Translations under genes and position numbers: made by a program
In this document: positions 55,456 through 64,000 of the stretch, in pieces
Numbering within the stretch: position 1 is the first letter of the stretch
Layout: every line of letters begins with the position of its first letter
The notes under the pieces: model-generated
Database searches by the model: none
Seen by the model: the letters and a program-made list of their open reading frames with translations, nothing else
What the model was told of the DNA's origin: nothing
Assembly (NCBI GenBank): GCA_046597415.1
Contig: JBKJKT010000023.1
Span: 4,243 to 68,242 of the forward strand
DNA: 64,000 bases
Direction: 5' to 3'
From: Ramlibacter sp.
GTDB lineage: Bacteria > Pseudomonadota > Gammaproteobacteria > Burkholderiales > Burkholderiaceae_C

Positions 55456-57863
55456 GGCGCGCCCTTCTCGCAGGCCAACGGCCCGAGCTTCGCGGGCATG
55501 GCGTCCTGCGCGACCGGAAGTTCCAGCATGAGCCGGCACGCCCCAGTGGCCCATTGCACGGCGAGCGACTGACGCTCCGGCGTCAGGTCGGTGAGCCACG
55601 CCTCGCCACGCCGCCCCACGATGAATTGCGCCCCTGCCTCCAGCCGGACAATCGCACCTTCAGGTACCGGCGCGCCTCCGGACTGCTGAAGCACCACCAC
55701 GACCTGACGTGTACGCCTCATCGGAAATTTCACGATGCTGCCGCTGCGCGCATAGGGCACAAGCACCTTGACGGTCTCAGCGATTTCGACATCCATCGGC
55801 AGATCGGCGGCATCGATCTCCAGCTTGTTCGCCTGCCAGGGCTGCAGGCCGGGAATGAAAGCAAGACCTCGCGAATCGGTGGTGGCCACGACCTGGTTGC
55901 TGCGTCGCACCGGTACGCCTTCCAGCCCCTGGACTTCGACCAGCGCCATGCTGCGCTCGCCCACCGGACGCGATGCAAACAGCACCCCGCCGAGCAAACC
56001 CAGGGTGCCGCGCAGCCCGGCCCGTAGCGACACGTCGCCGCCCGCGCCGGCGGACGCGTCCGCGGTGAATTCGGCGTGATTCGTGTTGAGTTGCACGCCC
56101 CCGCGTGCGCGCCCGCCCTGTTCGGTCGATGCGTCGACACGCCATCCGACGCCCGGTCCCATGGGCGGATTCATGTTCGCCGATACGCTGCCCACAAGGG
56201 GGCCAGCGTTGTTGCGTTGAACCCGGCTCGAAGTGAAGACGCCGCTTTGCAGCGGTATCGTGATGTTGACCGCTGCGGTCCAGCTGCGATCGGCATCAAG
56301 CCGCTTGTTGACCGAGAGGCCGGCATGGGCCTTTCCGCCCACCGCCATGGCAAGAGACAGGCCGATCGAGGTGAACTTATCGCCGTCCCAGCGAGTTTGC
56401 GACAGCAGATTCGCTCCGCCAGACAACTTGCCGCCCAGCGGCCCCCCCACGCCGGCCAGCCACCGCTGCCGCACGCGTTGCGCAATGACCGCCCCACCCG
56501 CAGCCACACCGAAATGCGCGAAGCCACGCGTGGCGTACTCGTACTGCAGCGTGCCACCGCCCTTGGGCGTGGTGCGTTCGATGCCCGCCTGGATCATCAG
56601 GCCCTGCTCGCCAAAGCCCTGCAGGCTGTCGCTGGAAGCGGCAACGGTCGCACGTGCCACCGCCCAGGTGCCCAGCAGCCCAGCCAGCTCCACCCCCAGC
56701 GCCCGACGCTGCGCCTGCCACTCGAACCGCGCCTCGCCGGTCAGGGACGGCGTCAGGCCGGTGCGCACGGTGCCAGCCGCGAAGGCATCGCCATAACGGC
56801 TGTTCTGGCCATAGCCTGTGCGCAGGCGTCCCGCCTCCACCGAAAAATCCACCAGGCCCGGCGCGAGCAGGCGCGGCGAGGCGTAGTAGGGCTGTTGCAC
56901 CTGGGTCTCACGACCGAGCAGGTCGCGCACGATCAGGCTCACTTCGCCGGCCCCCGTGACCACCTGAACATTCGGCAGGTCGAATGGCCCTGGCAGCACG
57001 GCCTGGCTGGCGCGGCGGGCGTTATTCACCATGACCTCCACCGTGGATGGCAGCGCCGCCTGGCCCGACAGTGCCACCTGCGGCATGGTGACAAAGCCCG
57101 GCCGCATGCCGAAGTCGCGTCCCCAGCGCACGCCGCCATAGCGCACCGGCCGGCTCCACGCGCCGCCGGTGCCGATGGCGTCTCCAACGATGAGCGTCTC
57201 GAGCCGCTGCGGCATGTCGAAGCGCCAATAGGTATCCAGCCGCTCGAAGCTGATTCGTCCTGAATCCGATCTCAAAAGACCCGAAGCGACCAGGCTGCCG
57301 AAGCTGCTGAATGCGACGGCCTCGACCCATGCTGCGCCGACTGCCCCTGCATCGCCCTGGGTGCGGGTCACCGAGGCGTCGTAGTTGAGCATCACGCCCG
57401 GGTCAGAAGGCGTCGGCGAAAGGACCGCAGTTGATTTGAGTGCCAGGGACGACGCGAGGAATGCGCCGGGCGGCGCCTGGATTTCAAGAGCCAACACACT
57501 GCGGTCGATCCGGTACGTCAGGCCGGCGACCGATTCAAGCGCGTAAGCCTCGGAGCCGTCGCCCAGGGTGCGGGGCCGGCCGGGCAACACCAGACGCGCT
57601 TCGGTCCAGCTGGTCGTCGGCATCAGCAGCGCCCCGTCATCCGTTCGCTCGACCTGGGCCACATTCGCCAGGCGCTGGCCGTTGACTTTGATATCCACCA
57701 GCAAGACCTCCGGCAGCGTGCGCGCGGTACGCGCCTTCGACGCTGCAGTAGCCGCCGACCCGGTCGCGGCCTGGTCGGCGCGCTGCTGCGCCGGTGCCAT
57801 CGCGCTCATGGCCAGCAGTGCGAGCGCTGCAGCCAGTACGGTCGAATAGCGCAGGACTCGCAC
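55452..57863 (-). CDS. fimbrial outer-membrane usher (CsuD-like)
   Basis: About 800 aa beta-barrel protein. The probable GTG start at 57863, 5 nt after the chaperone stop, gives the signal peptide M-RVLRYSTVLAAALALLAMSAMAPA. The alternative ATG at 57926 overlaps the chaperone gene. Confidence 0.85.
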   Translation of the reverse strand: MRVLRYSTVLAAALALLAMSAMAPAQQRADQAATGSAATAASKARTARTLPEVLLVDIKVNGQRLANVAQVERTDDGALLMPTTSWTEARLVLPGRPRTLGDGSEAYALESVAGLTYRIDRSVLALEIQAPPGAFLASSLALKSTAVLSPTPSDPGVMLNYDASVTRTQGDAGAVGAAWVEAVAFSSFGSLVASGLLRSDSGRISFERLDTYWRFDMPQRLETLIVGDAIGTGGAWSRPVRYGGVRWGRDFGMRPGFVTMPQVALSGQAALPSTVEVMVNNARRASQAVLPGPFDLPNVQVVTGAGEVSLIVRDLLGRETQVQQPYYASPRLLAPGLVDFSVEAGRLRTGYGQNSRYGDAFAAGTVRTGLTPSLTGEARFEWQAQRRALGVELAGLLGTWAVARATVAASSDSLQGFGEQGLMIQAGIERTTPKGGGTLQYEYATRGFAHFGVAAGGAVIAQRVRQRWLAGVGGPLGGKLSGGANLLSQTRWDGDKFTSIGLSLAMAVGGKAHAGLSVNKRLDADRSWTAAVNITIPLQSGVFTSSRVQRNNAGPLVGSVSANMNPPMGPGVGWRVDASTEQGGRARGGVQLNTNHAEFTADASAGAGGDVSLRAGLRGTLGLLGGVLFASRPVGERSMALVEVQGLEGVPVRRSNQVVATTDSRGLAFIPGLQPWQANKLEIDAADLPMDVEIAETVKVLVPYARSGSIVKFPMRRTRQVVVVLQQSGGAPVPEGAIVRLEAGAQFIVGRRGEAWLTDLTPERQSLAVQWATGACRLMLELPVAQDAMPAKLGPLACEKGAP

Positions 57864-57867
57864 GACG

Positions 57868-58653
57868 CTAGGGCGCTTCAGGCGCGACCTGTATCCGCTC
57901 CCCACGTGGGGTGATCGCCAGGACATCGCGCAACTTGCCGGCTTCGCCTTGTTGCAGCGGCACGCGCCACTCGCGCGCGCTGCCCGCGAGCAAGAGGCCG
58001 GCTTCGCCCAGAGCGAGCGACTGCTGCCAGCCGCTGCCGGCAAGCTCCAGCGTCTTCATTCGCAGCCGCTTGTTGCCTGCATTGCGAATGCGCAGGCACG
58101 CTTCCGAAATACCGGTCCTGGCAGCGCATGAATCGAAGCGAAGCGACTGCACGACGGGCACCGAAGGCGCCATCATCACCGGCAGGTCGTAGCGCATACG
58201 GATGCTGATGCCAGGGGCCCGGTTACCGGAGGCATCGACCGGATGGGGCGAGATGTCTTCGAGGATCAGGCGATAGGCCACCTCGTCTTGCAACGCCCTG
58301 GGGGCGCGGATCGCAACGCGAAACATCTGCCGCTGACCTGGGTTCAGGTCGACGATAGGCGGCGAAATCAGCAGTTCATCGGTCGGGACGGTGACCGACT
58401 CACCTGACGGGTCCTGGGTCCAGCGCAGCAGCTCGGCCTGCAAGCGCACGGGCGCCGTCGCGCGGGCGCCCAGGCTGACGTGGAGGACCGCGATGCGCTG
58501 GCGCTGTGACAGCTCCAGCACCACCGGCTCCAGCAGCACCTGGGCGGCCACGCCAGAATGGAAGAACATCCCGGTCAGGCCCGCAGCAGCAAGGGCCGCC
58601 AGCCCTGCCGCCTTGCGAACCTGGCGCCTGCGGATCGTTTTCATTTGCGGCAC
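57868..58653 (-). CDS. periplasmic fimbrial chaperone (PapD-fold, CsuC-like)
   Basis: Signal peptide, then LEPVVLELS...QRIAVLHVSL... and NPGQRQMFRVAIR motifs of pilus chaperones. Confidence 0.85.
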   Translation of the reverse strand: MPQMKTIRRRQVRKAAGLAALAAAGLTGMFFHSGVAAQVLLEPVVLELSQRQRIAVLHVSLGARATAPVRLQAELLRWTQDPSGESVTVPTDELLISPPIVDLNPGQRQMFRVAIRAPRALQDEVAYRLILEDISPHPVDASGNRAPGISIRMRYDLPVMMAPSVPVVQSLRFDSCAARTGISEACLRIRNAGNKRLRMKTLELAGSGWQQSLALGEAGLLLAGSAREWRVPLQQGEAGKLRDVLAITPRGERIQVAPEAP

Positions 58654-58665
58654 CAGGCAAAAAGC

Positions 58666-59226
58666 TCAAGGCGTGAAGCTTGCCGTGATGGTGACCGTAT
58701 CCGAGTAGGTGCCGATTGTCTTGCCGGCCTTGTCTGCCGCGACGATGAGCCCCGTAACGCTCAGGGACTTGACCGACCCATCGGCGGCGAAACCGGGGAA
58801 GGCGGCGAAGGTGTCATGGGCGATCGCAATCGTTGTTCCGCTGGAATCGACTTCCAGCGAATACGTTATCAGGTCGGAATTCATGCCTCCCATCAACTTG
58901 AATGCCGTCCCGCCGTTTTGCGAAGCAAATTTCAAGGTCGGCGCGTTGGTGCCGTTGGTGCAAGCAGCATCGAAAGTCGCTTCGGCATAGTCGGACTCGG
59001 GGTCAAGACCACCCGTTGCGCGATTAAGCATCCTCAACCCCCCAAAAGCCATGCTCGTCGTATTGCCAACCACGCATTGGGCGGCGATCGTTGCCGACAC
59101 CGCGAAAGTCGTGGGGGCCGGCTGGAACAGCATCGTAGTTGCTCCCAAAGCAGTCTGCGATTGGGCAGAACCGCTCGCCGCCAGTGCGACCATGGCCGCG
59201 GCCAAATTCGTCATCAAGGATTTCAT
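58666..59226 (-). CDS. SCPU-domain major fimbrial subunit (CsuA/B-like)
   Basis: 186 aa. Signal peptide MKSLMTNLAAAMVALAASGSAQS, Cys pair (AAQCVV...AACTNG), C-terminal GTYSDTVTITASFTP. First gene of the operon. Confidence 0.8.
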   Translation of the reverse strand: MKSLMTNLAAAMVALAASGSAQSQTALGATTMLFQPAPTTFAVSATIAAQCVVGNTTSMAFGGLRMLNRATGGLDPESDYAEATFDAACTNGTNAPTLKFASQNGGTAFKLMGGMNSDLITYSLEVDSSGTTIAIAHDTFAAFPGFAADGSVKSLSVTGLIVAADKAGKTIGTYSDTVTITASFTP

Positions 59227-59277
59227 TGCTTCACTCCTTCAGCTTGCTGGGCGAAATTGCCCGGATCGACTTTCAAA

Positions 59278-59293
59278 GGCCACACCTGTGGCC
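59278..59293. promoter_or_regulatory. inverted repeat GGCCACA-CC-TGTGGCC in the divergent csu/Bug promoter region (candidate operator)
   Basis: 7-bp arms read directly. CACACCT (59281-59287) also pairs with AGGTGTG (59310-59316). Confidence 0.3.
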
Positions 59294-59462
59294 TGTTGGG
59301 CCGGGTATTAGGTGTGGTCTCGATGAGTGGGAAGCACTCGACATTTCGTTCCGGGATTTGCAACAGATAGACCTTTGGATCGTCTGCGCCGGCGCTCGAT
59401 CCCTCGCGCTTTTTGCGCTCTGGGAGACTGATGGACAATTGCGAAAAGAGGAGAGATACACC

Positions 59463-60440
59463 ATGCAGATGAAGAGACGAGAACTATTGGGCGCAGGCGC
59501 GGCCCTCGCCAGCCTGTATTCCACCCCGGGTCTGGCGCAGTCCTCATGGCCCAGCAAGCCGATCCGCTTCGTGGTGCCCTTCGCGCCTGGCGGCAGCTCA
59601 GAGATCGTGGCGCGCGCAGCGGCAGGCGAATTGCTCAAGACCATCGGGCAGAACGTGTTCGTCGATAACAAGCCGGGCGCTTCCGGCAACATCGCCATGG
59701 CCGAAGTGGCCCGGGCCGACGACGGCCACACCATCATCCTGGGGCACATCGGAACGCTTGCGGTCAATCCGTACATGTTCGACAAGCTGCCCTACGACCC
59801 CAACAAGGACTTCAAGCCGATCAGCCTGCTGGCCAAGGTGCCCAGCCTGTACGTGGTGCATCCGACTGTTCCGGCCAAAGACCTCAAGGAGTTCATCGCG
59901 CTGATCAAGACCAGGCCGGGCCAGATGAATTACGGCTCGGCAGGCAATGGCAGCGCCGGGCACCTCGCGATGGAGTACCTGAAGATGACCGCCAACATCT
60001 TCATCACCCACATTCCGTACAAGGGCACCGGCCCGCAACTCACCGACCTGCTGGCGGGGCGGCTCGACGCGGCATCGGTCGGCGCTGCGGCGATCCTGCC
60101 GCACATCAAGGCGGGCAAGCTGCGCTGCATCGCCACCGGCTCTACCCAACGCCTGGCGCAACTGCCCGATGTGCCCACGGTCGCCGAACAGGGCTTTCCG
60201 GGCTTCGAAATGACGCAGTGGTACGGCATGCTCGCGCCGTCCAGCATGCCGCAGGCGAACATCGATCGCCTCGCCGCTGAAACAGCCAGGGCCATGAAAA
60301 CCCCTGCAGCCATTGAGCGGCTGAACAACGACGCCGCCCAGGCCGTCGGCGACTCGCCCGCGCAGTTCGCGCTGTTCATCGCGGCGGAGCAGAAGCGTTG
60401 GAAGCTGGTCGTCGAACGGGCCCGGATCAAGCCGGAATGA
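59463..60440 (+). CDS. Bug/TctC-family substrate-binding protein
   Basis: ATG at 59463 follows GAGGAGAG. Tat-like signal MQMKRRELLGAGAALASL. PIRFVVPFAPGGSSEIVAR motif. Confidence 0.9.
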   Translation: MQMKRRELLGAGAALASLYSTPGLAQSSWPSKPIRFVVPFAPGGSSEIVARAAAGELLKTIGQNVFVDNKPGASGNIAMAEVARADDGHTIILGHIGTLAVNPYMFDKLPYDPNKDFKPISLLAKVPSLYVVHPTVPAKDLKEFIALIKTRPGQMNYGSAGNGSAGHLAMEYLKMTANIFITHIPYKGTGPQLTDLLAGRLDAASVGAAAILPHIKAGKLRCIATGSTQRLAQLPDVPTVAEQGFPGFEMTQWYGMLAPSSMPQANIDRLAAETARAMKTPAAIERLNNDAAQAVGDSPAQFALFIAAEQKRWKLVVERARIKPE

Positions 60441-61350
60441 GGGTGGATGACCACGCCAGGGTGTCCCGCGCGGTTTCTTGCAGCGGCCTGGCGACCAATC
60501 CATGCGCCCGAGCCGCATCGCTGTTGATCGCGGCTACGCCATACGACTCGCCGCCGCTCCACAGCGGATAGTCCTTGTCCGACGCCTTCGCCTCCTCCGG
60601 CGTCAACCAGTTGAGGCGGGTTTCCGGCGGAGCCACACTTTTCACGATGGCTTCGAGCAAATCGCCGAAACAGAAAGGAACCGTCGGTGACGCGGTGTTG
60701 AAAGTGCCGCGCAGATTCAACTCGACAGCATCGACGGTGAAATTCGCGAGATCACGCGCGTCGATGTACTGCACAGCTGCCTCGCGCGGCCCGGGCGCCT
60801 CCACGACACCACCGGCTGCAATGCGCCGGACCCACTCGGGAAACCGCTGCGTGTAGTCGTGGGGGCCGATGACGAAGGTGGGTCGCAGCACCAGGTGGTC
60901 CACATGATGCGCAAACACGGCGTCCTCACACAACACCTTCAGCGGACCATAAGTGTCGCCATTGATGGGCATGGTGTCGAGCGCCGTCTTGTCCAGACCG
61001 CCGGTTGCCGTGCGAGGCGCGGACTCGGTGGAGTCGGGTGCAATGGTTTCGGCATAAACGGACGCCGATGACACAAAAACATACTTGCGAAACCGCGTAG
61101 TCAGCGCGTTGGCCGCCAGATCGATATCACGCGGGCGGTAACCACAGGTGTCGATCACCGCGTCCCATTCGCCCTTCGCCAGCGCGGAGAGATCGCTCAC
61201 GCGGTCACCGTGCAGGTGCCTCGCGCCTTCAAGGCCGTGAACCGGCGTCTTGCCGCGATGAAAGACATCGACCTCATGCCCGCGTGCAAGCGCTTCCGTG
61301 GACATCGCATGACCCAGAAATCGTGTCCCGCCAATAAATAGGAGTTTCAT
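60427..61350 (-). CDS. NAD-dependent epimerase/dehydratase (SDR superfamily)
   Basis: ATG at 61350 follows GGAG. Rossmann N-terminus MKLLFIGGTRFLGHAM. Confidence 0.85.
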   Translation of the reverse strand: MKLLFIGGTRFLGHAMSTEALARGHEVDVFHRGKTPVHGLEGARHLHGDRVSDLSALAKGEWDAVIDTCGYRPRDIDLAANALTTRFRKYVFVSSASVYAETIAPDSTESAPRTATGGLDKTALDTMPINGDTYGPLKVLCEDAVFAHHVDHLVLRPTFVIGPHDYTQRFPEWVRRIAAGGVVEAPGPREAAVQYIDARDLANFTVDAVELNLRGTFNTASPTVPFCFGDLLEAIVKSVAPPETRLNWLTPEEAKASDKDYPLWSGGESYGVAAINSDAARAHGLVARPLQETARDTLAWSSTLIPA

Positions 61351-61387
61351 GCAGGCAGTATAGAAACAGACGCGCCGTCCGATAGCA

Positions 61388-61882
61388 TTGCAGTGCATGT
61401 CCAACACCCAGCGCTTCGGTCACCTCTACATTCTTGCTTTCTGGGCGGCTGTCATGGGCGTGGTATGGGTCGCGATGGATCGCTTCATGCAGCCACGCCA
61501 GGCTGTCGTCACTGCGCAGGGCGAGCTGGTGATTCCGCGTCATCGCGACGGTCATTTCTATGTACAGGGCACGGTCAACGGCAAGCCACTGCGGTTCATG
61601 ATCGATACCGGCGCTTCCAGTGTTGTGGTGAGCGAAGCATTCGCGCAGCAAGCCGCATTGCCTGCGGGCGAGCCGATGACCTTCCACACCGCCAATGGCG
61701 CGCTCGCCGGACGCATGGTGCGAGGCGTGTCGGTGTCTGCGGGTCCGCTGGCGGTGTCGTCGGTTTCAGTTGGCGTCGGGCTGGTCGGCGGACGCAATGA
61801 AGTGGGCCTGCTGGGTCAGACCTTCCTGTCGAAGTTCCAGATGCAGATGACTCGCGAACAGATGGTGCTGCGCCGGCCCTGA
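61388..61882 (+). CDS. membrane-anchored retropepsin-like (clan AA) aspartic protease
   Basis: N-terminal TM segment. Catalytic FMIDTGASSVVVS (D-T-G) and C-terminal LLGQTFLSKF. Confidence 0.75.
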   Translation: MQCMSNTQRFGHLYILAFWAAVMGVVWVAMDRFMQPRQAVVTAQGELVIPRHRDGHFYVQGTVNGKPLRFMIDTGASSVVVSEAFAQQAALPAGEPMTFHTANGALAGRMVRGVSVSAGPLAVSSVSVGVGLVGGRNEVGLLGQTFLSKFQMQMTREQMVLRRP

Positions 61883-61888
61883 TTCGCT

Positions 61889-64000
<2,112 letters not shown>

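Noticed and set aside
40090-60440. Three Bug/TctC receptor genes (40090, 52824, 59463) as a repeat family or recent duplication
   Set aside because: They share only the family motif at protein level. I saw no extended nucleotide identity. Large Bug families are normal in this bacterial group.
59598-60562. 306-aa and 210-aa minus-strand ORFs
   Set aside because: They are antisense to the third Bug-family gene.

Overview
High-GC chromosomal segment whose gene content looks like a Burkholderiales/Comamonadaceae-type betaproteobacterium: three Bug/TctC-family periplasmic receptors, pilT-pilU/yggS, and an rsmI-yraN-SIS-BON cluster. This taxonomic guess is inference only. I call about 63 protein-coding genes. 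I found no rRNA, tRNA, CRISPR array, transposase or integrase. Many long ORFs in the track are antisense or alternative-frame shadows typical of high-GC DNA, and several true genes start well inside the listed ORF; the corrected starts are given per feature. Housekeeping content includes hemE, priA, rsmI, yraN, pilT, pilU, yggS, glpK, putA, gor, dbpA, an M20 amidohydrolase, an S41 protease, arginase and a partial UvrA-family ATPase. The unusual content is as follows. (1) 41.1-44.4 kb holds two divergently transcribed paralogous small acidic proteins with a CesT/SycE-like (type III secretion chaperone) sequence pattern. One of them is translationally coupled (ATGA) to a 725-aa protein with central hydrophobic segments and a long disordered Ser/Thr-Pro-rich, eukaryote-like tail. 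Codon usage here is visibly atypical, making this my best candidate for an undescribed chaperone/effector module. (2) 20.7-27.5 kb holds a tightly coupled seven-gene RDD / SpoIIM-like / membrane protein / DUF4129 / DUF4350 / MoxR AAA+ / DUF58 operon of unknown function. (3) 55.0-59.2 kb holds a four-gene Csu-type (SCPU-domain) chaperone-usher pilus operon. (4) An orphan EgtB/SenA-like sulfoxide-synthase homologue lies divergent from an EamA transporter with a very His-rich tail. (5) The AT-rich hemE-priA spacer carries two DnaA-box matches and GATTT-type repeats. (6) A FecR/DUF6600-type protein has a roughly 380-aa Pro/Ala tail containing 63-nt tandem repeats. (7) Smaller oddities include a J-domain remnant next to a C-terminally extended gor, and an in-frame insertion in putA. 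All family names are recalled from motifs, not from searches.
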